Below, one piece after another: positions 52,014-63,899 of a stretch of DNA of 64,000 nucleotides. The position numbers and the translations under genes were made by a program. The notes beneath the pieces are model-generated. The model ran no database searches and was not told the origin of the DNA. It saw nothing but the letters and a program-made list of their open reading frames with translations. The stretch lies in contig OZ024752.1 of the NCBI GenBank assembly GCA_964016885.1, forward strand, positions 20,026,001-20,090,000, read 5' to 3'. The first letter of the stretch is position 1; each line of letters starts with the position of its first letter. This stretch comes from Eledone cirrhosa. Taxonomy: Eukaryota.

Positions 52014-52242
52014 TGCCATGCTTGAATGATGCAGTAAAAGGTGTATTGTTGAGTTTCTTAATCTTATCTAAATGTCAATCGTTCGTCATATATCAACCAG
52101 TAATTGGTAGCAGGCTTGTAACTGTAGGTTCGACAGTTCAAATCTTATTTAGGTCAATTTAACCTTTCATGCTGTTAAGATTGATTAAAAATAACAATGT
52201 AATACATTGATTCAAATATGTTGCTCATTTCTGTCTCGCTGC

Positions 52243-53255
52243 CACTGTGTCTGTATGTCATAGAGATCACTGTATGTAGTCTGTATGTCATAGAGATCAC
52301 TGTATGTAGTCTGTATGTCATAGAGACCACTGTATGTAGTCTGTATGTCATAGAGACCACTGTATGTAGTCTGTATGTCATAGAGACCACTGTATGTAGT
52401 CTGTATGTCATAGAGATCACTGTATGTAGTCTGTATGTCATAAGAGATCACTGTATGTAGTCTGTATGTCATAGAGACCACTGTATGTAGTCTGTATGTC
52501 ATAAGAGATCACTGTATGTAGTCTGTATGTCATAGAGATCACTGTATGTAGTCTGTATGTCATAAGAGATCACTGTATGTAGTCTGTATGTCATAGAGAC
52601 CACTGTATGTAGTCTGTATGTCATAAGAGATCACTGTATGTAGTCTGTATGTCATAGAGACCACTGTATGTAGTCTGTATGTCATAAGAGATCACTGTAT
52701 GTAGTCTGTATGTCATAGAGATCACTGTATGTAGTCTGTATGTCATAAGAGATCACTGTATGTAGTCTGTATGTCATAGAGACCACTGTATGTAGTCTGT
52801 ATGTCATAAGAGATCACTGTATGTAGTCTGTATGTCATAGAGATCACTGTATGTAGTCTGTATGTCATAAGAGATCACTGTATGTAGTCTGTATGTCATA
52901 GAGACCACTGTATGTAGTCTGTATGTCATAAGAGATCACTGTATGTAGTCTGTATGTCATAGAGACCACTGTATGTAGTCTGTATGTCATAAGAGATCAC
53001 TGTATGTAGTCTGTATGTCATAGAGATCACTGTATGTAGTCTGTATGTCATAAGAGATCACTGTATGTAGTCTGTATGTCATAGAGACCACTGTATGTAG
53101 TCTGTATGTCATAGAGATCACTGTATGTAGTCTGTATGTCATAAGAGATCACTGTATGTAGTCTGTATGTCATAGAGACCACTGTATGTAGTCTGTATGT
53201 CATAGAGACCACTGTATGTAGTCTGTATGTCATAGAGACCACTATATGTAGTCTG
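52243..53255. repeat. 30/31-bp minisatellite (~33 units, 61-bp alternation)
   Basis: Unit AGAGA(T/C)CACTGTATGTAGTCTGTATGTCAT(A). Confidence 0.97.
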
Positions 53256-53760
53256 AAACTAAGAAAAATCAATCTGTAGATGGAAATGTAAATATTTCAA
53301 AATGATTATGACCAAATATTAGAAAAAAGGAAGACATAACAGTGATGCATGAGGATGTTCTCTTGAGAAGAGTGAAATATATGCAAGGATAATTACGTCA
53401 TTAAGTGGAGTGGGAAGAACCATTCTTGTGTCCAGGACACAAGAATGGTTCTCCCCACTCCACTTAATGACGTAATTATCCTTGCATATATTTCACTCTT
53501 CTCAAGAGAACATCCTCATGCATCACTGTTATGTCTTCCTTTTTTCTAATATTTGGTCATAATCATTTTGAAATATTTACATTTCCATCTACAGATTGAT
53601 TTTTCTTAGTTTCAGATGATCTCACTTAAGGTGAAAGCAGAAATTCTTTGCTTAAACTTTTAATCTGTACTAATAAAAAATATTTGGTCAACGGGTTTAT
53701 ATATACTTCTATATATATATACAACCCTTATTGGGTCCTCTTTGGAGTTATTATTACTAT
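53252..53760 (+). mobile_element. Fold-back element: 365-bp palindrome followed by CAGATGA hammerhead-like fold and family 3' end
   Basis: 182-bp arms about A53434 with one mismatch seen; ends ttattattac(TA)n like 19486 and 50346. Confidence 0.8.
53591..53668 (+). ncRNA. Hammerhead-like fold with non-canonical core CAGATGA
   Basis: acagattga-loop-agttt-CAGATGA-tctcacttaaggt-GAAA-gcag-aaattct-ttgc-TT-aaact-t-ttaatctgt; stem II is weak in this copy and ccc/ggg in sister copies. Confidence 0.55.
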
Positions 53761-53771
53761 ATATAGGTATA

Positions 53772-53844
<73 letters not shown>

Positions 53845-53881
53845 ATACATATATATATACACACACACACATATGTATATA

Positions 53882-56397
53882 TCTATATATATAAAGGGAA
53901 GATGGACATTGTTTGGTGTTCCGAACTTGCATGCTACACCGTTCATCCAATTTTCGTGAAACCTCACACATACATAAAACTCAACGCGTAGAGTGGAATA
54001 GGCTACTTGAAATTTTCGAAAAATCGATAATCGGGCCCTATGACAGAATGTTTTTCGATTCCAATGAAATTTTATGTGAATTCGAACACAAGAACTCTTA
54101 GTTTACATCTGGCGCAATAAAAATTAATTTCATATGCCCATATAAGGACGTGCGTTATTGATTGGACGGCCAGCTGCATGTCTTCCCAGCTGTCTCAGTA
54201 AACGACCGACCAGTAAAGAGTTTATCTTTTCATATTCCACCTTATTCAAGTGGAAATACAGTATTATCCCTATCTGAAAAGGGAACCAAATTTAATGGTG
54301 TCTTTTGTGATGCTAAAAGCTGTGAGTAAATTTTCAAACAGTCTTAAATAATCATGCTTTTTGAAAAAAAAATTACTAAATAATACGTTGACCAAGTTGT
54401 ATTGTACACATACAATACAAGTAAAAAATGTTACGTCGTACCAATGTTTTCCTTTTTTAAACAAAAGATTCTAAAAAATTACTTAATTTATAATACAGTC
54501 TTTTGCACAGGAAGTGAGTAACTTTTCGGGTGTTTAAACGTAAGTTCACCAGGGTTTGTGTCTTCATTATTAGCCCACCTCTAATGGCATTTTTTGTTCT
54601 GCTTACGACTAAATGTTATGAGCGTATTTGCAATTAATTGCGCACACGTGCACACCTGCATGCAGATAGACACTGGCAGCCAATAAAAAATCGATAACTT
54701 GCTTATTAAGATATCGGTCAAAAAGAGAGATTGAATGTACTTTAGAACATTTTTTTGAATATATTGTTCTTTTTGGCATGATATGTCAGAAATATAGCTA
54801 CGATACACTTTGGTTATTTTTTGTAACTAAAAGACGGTTCCTTTCGGGTGGATACTTAACGAGAAAAATCCTAGGGTTTTGGACAAGTTTGTTTCAGGCG
54901 CTGTATAGACGCCTATTTTGTCACACCTTGGTCATGAATTCGTATTCTTTTCCAATAGATATTTTCCGCTCTATAAGGCTCACCAGGATATAAGGCGTAT
55001 CATTTAAAATCAGGTCCGCGCAACAGCGTGTAAGGCCAACCAGGAAAATGCTATCTTCTTTACTTTTAGTCTAGGTCTATTACTTCTGTTAGAGCCGTGA
55101 TTGATTACCATTGTATTATTTATACATAAGGCTCACCGGAGTATAAAGCGCAGAGCTGTTTTTTTATTAAATTTAATTATTTTAAGTGCAATTTATAGAC
55201 CGGAAAATTCGGTAAGTTATTGTAATCATATTTCCAAACCTTCCCATTCACCAGTAACCATGCTAACGAATCTGGTGTCATCTCTCTCTGTATTTAATCA
55301 CCTCTCTCTAACCTAACAGCTTCGTTACACGTCGTTATGCCCACACGGAAACGTTCAAGACTTACCTCCAAAAAAGGTACAGCTACTGCTTTGAAACAAC
55401 GAATTAGGCGTTCTCAGGTATGAGTTCATTCACAATTGATTAATCCTTTATGCAATATTTTCCCTTAATGTTAGAAAGTACTGCGTTTATCCTAACTGTC
55501 ACCACTTTTAAGCAACTACATTCTAATCGTAGTTATATTAAATTTATTGTCTTACCTTGATTCCCTTTTGTTCATGTTAGACTTTTCTCATTTACTATTG
55601 ACACTGCCATTGGCTTAGCTAACCAGTAGAATTAATTAATTTCCTCTAGGAAACACCTGCTGAGCGCGAATCTCGACTCGCTGATAGACGTCTTTCCCGG
55701 CTGGTTGAGTCACCAACATCACGTACGACAAGGCTTGCTGATGTTCGCCTTCGTCGCCAACAAGCGCTGACGGAGGAATCACCAACATCCGACAGACGAG
55801 GCTTGAGGCTGTGGCAAAGGGCAATAACCCTAAATACAATTTTGATCAACTTTTTTTCACCTATAGCAAATTTACCGGGACAGGTTTTTAGCTACTCAAA
55901 TTTACTTCAGAGATCACGCATTGATGTAAAAAATCAATAAAACTGAAGCGGGGCTCGACTTTGCGCAAAAAAACAAGGCAAAGTTACACATGGGAAAACT
56001 TTTTACAGGAACGTCCTATATTCTTGAAAACTGTCACAAAAGACTCTCCATTATGCCGCGGTTAAGATAAAGGCCCTTTTAATTCTTCTTCTGCACATGT
56101 GAGCGCAAAAATTGTAAAAAAAAAAGAACCCTGAAAGTAATCGACATTTTCACCCTGCTTTAAATTAACTGAACATTCAATATCAAGCGATTTTGACTTC
56201 CGTCAGTCGTGCAGAGAACAATTTCAACGATACACTGTGTAACTACAATTAATAAATTACACACCTGTGTCTACTAACCTATTTTTTTTCATTGAAGTTC
56301 GAAGTTTTGAACCTGTGATGCGCGGGAAGTAACTTTCACACATTCTAATAGACCAAAGGTCGACTTACACCGGGGCAACGCCGGGTACTTCTGCTAG
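53882..56397 (+). mobile_element. Non-autonomous Helitron (~2.5 kb) with captured fragments
   Basis: A|TCTATATATATAAAGGG 5' end; ccggggcaacgccggg-tacttctg-CTAG|T 3' end; inserted in (TA)n. Confidence 0.85.
54958..55214. mobile_element. Tc1/pogo-type MITE relic inside the Helitron
   Basis: tattttccgctctataag ... ttatagaccggaaaattcggta with subterminal taaggctcacc(a)gga repeats. Confidence 0.55.
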
Positions 56398-56799
56398 TAT
56401 ATATATATATATACTAGGCCTGAAAAATGTGCAAGCTCAAAAGAGCCACAGAATGTTATAATAAACCTTCAAAAGTTTGGGACTAGAGTTGTTGCTAAAA
56501 AATATTGTAATCATTATCTATCGTACACTTTGTGGCATCCTTTTATAAAAAAGAGACTCATAACGAACTCAAGACAACATGATAATTATTTAAGCTAATG
56601 TTCAATATTATGGACACACTGTATATACATATGAATTCACCTGTGAAATTATGAATATCTTTCTTTAATTGCTTTTTCTTTTTTTAATACTGTCTGAAAG
56701 CTATTATGTAATATCAAACTTACATACATGTTCTGCGAACAATGTGTGTATGGTGTGTTTATGTGTGTGTGTGTATATATATATGTGTGTGTGTGTGTG

Positions 56800-58823
56800 T
56801 CATCATCATCATCATCATCATCGTTTAACGTCCATATTCCACGCTTGCATGGGTTTGGACGGGAGTTTTCCCACTTGCGGCAAGATTGGTTGTCTTGCTC
56901 GCATAGGACTGTCTGGCCGGTTTTCTACGGCTGGATGCCCTTCCTAACACCAACCACATTTACAGTGTGGACTGGGAGGTTTTTACCGTGTTACCTACAC
57001 GGCCACATTACAGCGTGGACTGTGTGTTTTTTTGTCGTGTCACCTACACGACCTCATTTGTTTCGGACTGGATGTTGTGGTACCAACATACTTCACATTT
57101 AAGGGGGTGGTGTGGATGAAGTGGGGGTAGTGGGACGGGGGTGTATTTTGTTAGAGGTGCCTACTGACTGTATGTTTCGCTTTGTACTTAGGCAAGGCGG
57201 GTCTTCTGTATAACTGTATAGCGCCAAAGATCTCGGTCCAGTGACATTGTCTTGGAGAGGTGTAAGTGTGTGAGGTCGGAATTTATCAAGTCGTCCCAGG
57301 TTTTTCTGGGTCTGCCTACTCCGTGGCTACCGTCTATTTTTATCGCCCTGCACTTTTTTATACACCTGTCGTCTTTCATGCGCATCACGTGACCATACCA
57401 ACGTAGTCTTCTCTTGAGTAAACAACATCTGATCCCTCTTATTCCTAATTTCTCCCTTAGTTCGTTTATGCTTTGCCGTTCACGTATATTACTATTACAC
57501 ATCCAGCGGAGCATGCAAGCTTCGTTTCTCTCCAGTCTGTGTATATCCTCTGCACACAATGCCCATGTCTTAATGCCATGTAACATTGCTGTTCGTATGC
57601 AGGCATCATACAGCCTGCCTTTCATTTTGAGAGAGAACCCTTTAGCGGCCAATAGTGGTATAAGCTCTCTGAACTTTTTCCATCCCGTTCTGACTCTAGC
57701 TACTCTACTTTCAGAGCACCCTCCCCCACTGCTGATTTTGTCACCCAGGTAACGGAAGGTGTCCACTATTTCTATAGAACCGTCTGTGCAATGGAATGAG
57801 CTAGTATTCTGTGGGCACTTGCTGCTACTTATTGCACCAGAGCACCGGCCACATATAAAATCTATATTCTTAGTTAGCTTACCTGTGATCCCACTACATC
57901 TTTTATGCACCCACACTTTGTATTTGGGACATAAAATGGAGTTTCTGCCTACTCCTTTCCTACACACTGAGCATGGCCATTTCCCAGATGGGACCGGTGC
58001 CCTATTTTCCTTCCTACAAACTAGAACTTTAGTCTTAGACAAGTTAACTTTAAGGCCTTTTGATTCTAGACCATGCTTCCATGTTTGGAATTTCTTCTCT
58101 AGTTCGGCCATTGATTCAGCTATGAGCGTTAGATCATCTGCATATAGGAGTTCTCATGGGCAGCCGGTCTTGAACTCCTCTGTTATAGCCTGAAGGGCAA
58201 TAATAAATAGTAGGGGCTAAGAACGGAGCCCTGATGAACACCAACTTTTACGCTAAACTCTTCACTATATTCGATGTTAATTCTAACCTTGCTGGCTGTT
58301 TCTTTATACATGGCTTGTATAGCTCTCACAAGCCATTCATCAACACCTAGTTTTCTAAGAGCCCACCAGATAATGGAGCGGGGGACTCTGTCAAAGGCTT
58401 TCTCCAAGTCAACAAAAGCTAAGTATAGGGTTTACTTTTAGCTAGGTACTTCTCCTGTAGTTGTCGTACAATGAAAAGAGCGTCTGTGGTACTTTTACCT
58501 GACACAAACCCGAACTGCATTTCATCTAGATCAATTCGTTCTCTGATTAGTTGCGCTATTACTTTTTCTGTGACCTTCATGACCTGGTCGATTAATTTAA
58601 TGCCTCTATAGTTACCCCTATCTAAGGCATCTCCTTTACCCTTGTAGCAGTTAATGATGATGCTGCTATGCCAGTCCTTCGGAACGGCCCCATTCTGTAT
58701 GACTTGGTTTACTATCCGGGTGACCATAGTGTGTCCCCCGTTCCGGATGCTTTCAGCATTTCAGCAACTATTTCCGAAGGCCCAGCCGTCTTACCCGTCT
58801 TCATATCTTTGATTGCCTTACTT
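56800..58823 (-). mobile_element. RTE LINE family B, frameshifted, sister of 42607-45203
   Basis: Same frameshifts and the same HGIKTW substitution; (ATC)n tail. Confidence 0.95.
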
Positions 58824-58846
58824 GGATTGTCTTACTTGGATACTTA

Positions 58847-59048
58847 CATAACGAACTCAAGACAACATGATAATATTTAAGCTAATGTTCAATATTATGG
58901 ACACACTGTATATACATATGAATTCACCTGTGAAATTATGAATATCTTTCTTTAATTGCTTTTTCTTTTTTTAATACTGTCTGAAAGCTATTATGTAATA
59001 TCAAACTTACATACATGTTCTGCGAACAATGTGTGTATGGTGTGTTTA

Positions 59049-59091
<43 letters not shown>

Positions 59092-59240
59092 TTGTGTCAT
59101 CATCATCATCGTTTAACGTCCATATTCCACGCTTGCATGGGTTTGGACGGGAGTTTTCCCACTTGAGGCAAGATTGGTTGTCTTGCTCGCATAGGACTGT
59201 CTGGCCGGTTTTCTACGGCTGGATGCCCTTCCTAACACCA
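58847..59240 (+). repeat. Direct duplication of ~56559-56970
   Basis: Unique flank cataacgaactcaagacaac... plus the adjoining LINE 3' terminus is repeated almost identically. Confidence 0.92.
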
Positions 59241-59886
59241 ACCACATTTACAGTGTGGGGCTGGGAGGTTTTTACCGTGTTACCTACATGGCCACATTAC
59301 AGCGTGGACTGTGTGTTTTTTTGTCGTGACACCCACATGACCTCATTTGTTTCGGACTGGATGTTGTGGTACCAACATAACTTTACATTGAAAGGGGCGG
59401 TGTGGATGGGGTGGGGGTAGTGGGACGGGGGTGTATTTTGTTAGAGGTGCCTACTGACTGTAGTAGGTTTTACTTTGTATTTAGGTAAGGCGGGTGTTCT
59501 CTATTACTGTGTACCGCCAAAGATCTCGGTTCAGTGACATTGTCTTGGAGAGGTATAAGTGTGTGAGGTCGGAATTTATCAAGTCGTCCCAGGTTTTTCT
59601 GGGTCTGCTTACTCCGTGGCTACCGTCTATTTTTATTGTCCTGCACTTTTTTATACAGCTGTCGTCTTTCATGCGTGACCATACCAACGTAGCCTTCTCT
59701 CGAGTAAACAACATCTGATCCCTCTTATTTCTAATTTTTCCCTTAGTTCGTTTATGCTTTGCCGTTCACGTATATTACTATTACACATCCAGCGGAACAT
59801 GCAAGCTTCGTCCCTCTCTAGTCTGCGTATATCCTCTCCACACAATGCCCAGGTCTCACTGCCATGCAACATTGCTGTTCGTATGC
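59098..59886 (-). mobile_element. RTE LINE family B, 3' fragment
   Basis: [18 protein letters not shown], small deletion, 3' UTR and tail. Confidence 0.93.
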
Positions 59887-59901
59887 GTGTCTATATATAT
59901 A

Positions 59902-60300
59902 TCTAAACTATAATAAAGTAAGGAGAGCGGGACTGCGACCAGAATATATTTTTTTATCCCGTTTGTAAAATAAGTTGGATTACTTTGAATAAATAATGAA
60001 TCAATATTACATAATTTATCTACTAAATTTTGTAACTAAATTTCGTATTTATAAACAATTTAAAATTGACTTCTTTTCAAAGTTACAAACCTAGACTTCC
60101 GGTATATCGTCGCCATCACGACCACTTAAACTACCATATATATAGAAACAGAGAGTGTGTGATGAGAGAGATAGAGTGATTATGACTTTCTACACGCTGG
60201 CGCGTATGATTGTGCACATACATACATCTGTATGTATGAGTATATAACTATTATGAGTATATAACTATAATCGCGCAAACACAAACTTATAAAAATACAC
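59902..60300 (+). mobile_element. Possible Helitron 5' end
   Basis: A|TCTAAACTATAATAAAG resembles Helitron 5' termini; no 3' hairpin-CTAG found, so the extent is uncertain. Confidence 0.3.
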
Positions 60301-60529
60301 CCTCACAGACATACATTCAGATGAATACACATACTTTCACACAAAAACATTCACACGTTCACACATACATTTACACAAACACACACATACAGTCATGATA
60401 GCGTTCGGTGAATTGGAAACGGGAGGGTAATACAAGTATAACGTTTTATTTATTTATTAACAACACAGTTTATGTTTACAGAACGAAAACACAAACAAAT
60501 ATAATATATATGCTGTAGCTCTCACCCTT

Positions 60530-60712
60530 ACCGCTGCATCCAGGATGTGGGAAGAAGCAAAAGAGTCACTAACTGTGATGTCCCAGGTAAGCACCTGCCT
60601 CTTGACCAGGAGCACAGAGTAAGACCGTCAAGTCTTTTCCCATCAATTTTGGATAACCCAAACAGTTCCAAAATTGAGGGGTTGTTTGCCCGGGCCAAAG
60701 CTTTTGAGTGGT
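60530..60712 (-). pseudogene. CRE-like non-LTR retrotransposon restriction-like endonuclease relic
   Basis: ALARANNPSILELFGLSKIDGKRLDGLTLCSWSRGRCL-(frameshift)-WDITVSDSFASSH resembles the EP.GL..DGKRPDG.TL.PW..G..L.WD.T motif. Confidence 0.75.
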
Positions 60713-60879
60713 AATAGGACAGTGTGTGTATGTGCACACGCGAGTTTGTCGGTGTTCTTAAATTAGAGACACGTGTATGTGTGTCACTGTTTTTAAGTTA
60801 GAGACATATATGTGTGTATCCCTTTCCTTCCTTTTACACACACATACATTCACACAAACACATTGTATGATGGACGGGT

Positions 60880-61275
60880 GGACAGAAGTCCCTCAAATTT
60901 ATATACATGTGAATGGAGTTCTACTGAAGCAGTTAAAGAAGTTCAAGTATCTTGGAGCCGTGTTCATGAGTGATGGAATGCAGGAGGCTGAATTAAGTGC
61001 AAGAATTGCAAAAGCTGATGCAGTAATGCGCCAGACTCAGCATTAATCAATCAGAAGAAGGGGGTAGGTGTAAAAGCCAAACTCGCTGTCTTCCTGGTAT
61101 TCCTGCCAACTCTTACCCAGGATCATGAATCTTGAGTAATGACCAAAAGAATAAAATTGCAAATAAAAGCGGCAGAAATGGAATTCCTCCGAAGGGTCTT
61201 TGGAGTAACGTTACTCGATAAAGTGCATAGCTCAGAGATCACAACTTCGATATTATGAGCATGTGGTTAGAATGT
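60880..61275 (+). pseudogene. Old RTE (Expander-like) C-terminal relic lacking the PHD insert
   Basis: NGVLLKQLKKFKYLGAVFMSDG..ELSARIAKA..AAEMEFLRRVFGVTLLDKVHSSEI. Confidence 0.8.
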
Positions 61276-61279
61276 CTTG

Positions 61280-61830
61280 GCTGGAAGTAGAAAGTGTAGG
61301 CTATGCCTATACGGGGCCATGGAGATAGTCAGACTGAAGGATGATGCAGTCAACCTGAAATCGGAAATTATCATGACGTGCAGACACCAGAGAAGGTGCA
61401 CAGTCTTCGCATGGAATCCACCGGGAAGCCCAGGCTAAGGGCTTGCAGCAAAGCGCACGCCGACCAGAGTGGCGAAACGGGTTCAAGGGATCAGACACCA
61501 TACTCTGATGACAATATATGCACTGTGGGGTAAACCAAAGTAACCCAAGATGCATACCCGACTCTGCATGTCACCCTAGGCAGAAACATGGCCTGAGCCA
61601 CGACAGGTTGACCCGGATTCCACTGACATTCAGTCAAATACCTTACACCTATAGGACAACATACCTCAACCACAGTGACATACTCCAGTATGGCCGGTCC
61701 ACGCACCCCCATTCATGTGTACCTTTTCAATCGAAAATCCACTCTCCATGTATTCCATTTTGGAACACATATTACTTGTTCCATATACAGGTCCAAGTGT
61801 ACATCTCATACTCCCCATATATACTATATC
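61280..61830 (+). mobile_element. Penelope-like element 3' end: GIY-YIG C-terminus (61280-61438) and terminal repeat region
   Basis: AGSRKCRLCLYGAMEI..VNLKSEIIMTCRHQRR..* fits the CxLCLxE..LNxxxE..CRH tail of PLE endonucleases; CTGATGA and GAAAC remnants downstream. Confidence 0.7.
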
Positions 61831-62020
61831 ACACGCATACACGTCCCTTCTTTTTTATATATCTCTCTGTGACATTATATGTATATTTTTAATATATTGT
61901 ATATTTCTTTTTTATATGTGTGTATATATGTATGCGTATATGTATATATATGTGTGTATATATAAATATGTATATGTGTATGGATGTATGTATATGGTTA
62001 TATTATTTATATCTGTGCAA

Positions 62021-62210
62021 GGGCAGTGAATTGGCAGTATCGGTAGAGGGCTGGACGCCATGCTTTCTAGCATAGTTACGGCCCTTGCCATTCTGAGCTC
62101 AAATCCCGCCGAGGTTAACTTTGCCTTTCATCCTTACGGGGTCGATAAAATAAAGTACCAGTAATGTACTGGGTAATTGCTGGCCTTGAGCCAAATGTAG
62201 AAACAATTAT
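62021..62210 (+). mobile_element. Full-length tRNA-derived SINE
   Basis: Matches 3699-3890. Confidence 0.9.
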
Positions 62211-62691
62211 TTATATCTGTGCATGTTTACTACAAGATACATCCTTTAATGTATGATGTTATATGTATATTTTAGTATATTGTAGGTTTTTTTTTATATA
62301 TGTGTATGTATGTGTGTGTATGTACATATGTGTGTGTGTATGTGTATATATATGTGTGCATATATATATATGTGTGTATATATGTATATATATATATATA
62401 TGGATGTATGTGTATGGTTATATTGTTTATATTTGTGCATGTGTATAACAGGATACATCCTTTCATGTATGACCCATGGTGTAGCTTTATATGACTTTGT
62501 GTCTATATCATATTTGTGTATAGACAGATGTATGTATGTATGTATCTTTGTAGACGTGCGTGGGCCTGTAGGTAATAGGCGCATATTTGTAAGAGTGTAT
62601 ATGAGCCAGTGTGTGTGTGTGTACGTGCACCCACTGTAGGGTAAGGGCTTGTTTGTGTGTGTATATAGATATATATATATATATATACATA

Positions 62692-62858
62692 TAAAGTGGA
62701 CGTGTAGGCACCATGGAAAAAAAGCACCCAGCACTCACTGTAAATGAGGTTGGTGTTAGGAAGGGCATCCAGCTGTAGAAATCAAGCCAGAATCAGTTCC
62801 CGTCCCACCCTTGCAAGCAGGGAAAATCGGACGTAAAATGAAGTGATGATGATGATGA
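62692..62858 (+). mobile_element. RTE family A-related 3' UTR fragment
   Basis: Matches 42320-42423, then ggacgtaaaa and a (GAT)n tail. Confidence 0.85.
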
Positions 62859-63593
62859 TATATACATATATATGTGTTTGCGAGCGAGTCTGTTTTGGGG
62901 CCTGTATATATGGACATGTGTGTGTATGTGCGTGTTCATGTCTATGTATATGTCTGTACGTGTTTGTGTATACGAGTAGATATACGCGTATGCATGTGTG
63001 TGTGAGTTGATGTACGTGGGCATGTAGGCAGGAGTCTGTAGACGCGTATGTCTATTGTTTTATGGGTTCTCTTTGGGTGCGTAATTATAGCGGGAGTATA
63101 TGCGTACGGATGTTGTTATTTATATGTTTGTGTGTGAGTGTGTGTATATATATATGTGTGTGTGTGAGTGCGCGCGTCGATGTGTGAACTACCAAACCCA
63201 GCAAGGATTCATTGAAGTGTGGCATGAAGGACAGCTGATGGTCAGTGTGACAGTACCTGTTGGTCAAAATTTATGATGACGTAGAAAAACAACAGCCAAT
63301 AGCAGGATGAGTCAAGAGGATGTTTTTTTACACTAACACCCCAGTGAGAGAATTTGATCCAAAGTTATTAGAAGTGTCCGACGAACCTGCAGATCCAGAA
63401 TCAGACAGATCCACACAATGATCGCGTCTTGAGCTGTCTGCCAGTGAAACAATTGTAACACACAATAAATTGAGTTCAGATGCATCACTGATTTTTCGTT
63501 TTATATTATATCACACTCTGCTCTGTAAGAACATAGAGTGCTCAATTGGCATACCACCTATGGAAGCATCATAGCTACCATCAGACACACATA

Positions 63594-63665
<72 letters not shown>

Positions 63666-63719
63666 ATTATAATAAAATAACAGGAGGCTGGACTTGTGTA
63701 AATCCTTGAAAGGTTTATT

Positions 63720-63777
63720 ATACTATGATCATTTCAATTACCGGGTTCCGTATGAATCCGGTGATATCATCAGGTAT
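63720..63777 (-). ncRNA. Minimal type I hammerhead ribozyme (left arm)
   Basis: Minus strand atac-CTGATGA-tatcaccggattc-atacg-gaacccggtaatt-GAAA-tgatca-TA-gtat. Confidence 0.75.
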
Positions 63778-63840
63778 TTGAAATATAATAAATGAATGTA
63801 ACAGATAAAATCCCTGTTACATTCATTTATTATATTTCGA

Positions 63841-63899
63841 ATACCTGATGATATCACTGGATTCATACGGAACCCGATCAATTGAAATGATCATAGTAT
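63841..63899 (+). ncRNA. Minimal type I hammerhead ribozyme (right arm)
   Basis: atac-CTGATGA-tatcactggattcatacggaacccgatcaatt-GAAA-tgatca-TA-gtat; stem II partly degraded; predicted cut after 63895. Confidence 0.7.

Noticed and set aside
51516-52025. Poly-Leu ORF
   Set aside because: (TGT)n microsatellite.
61500-61565. SECIS element in the PLE 3' region
   Set aside because: ATGA, AAA and GA elements are present but the spacing does not fit helix II, and the visible Cys codons are TGT/TGC; not supportable without a family consensus.
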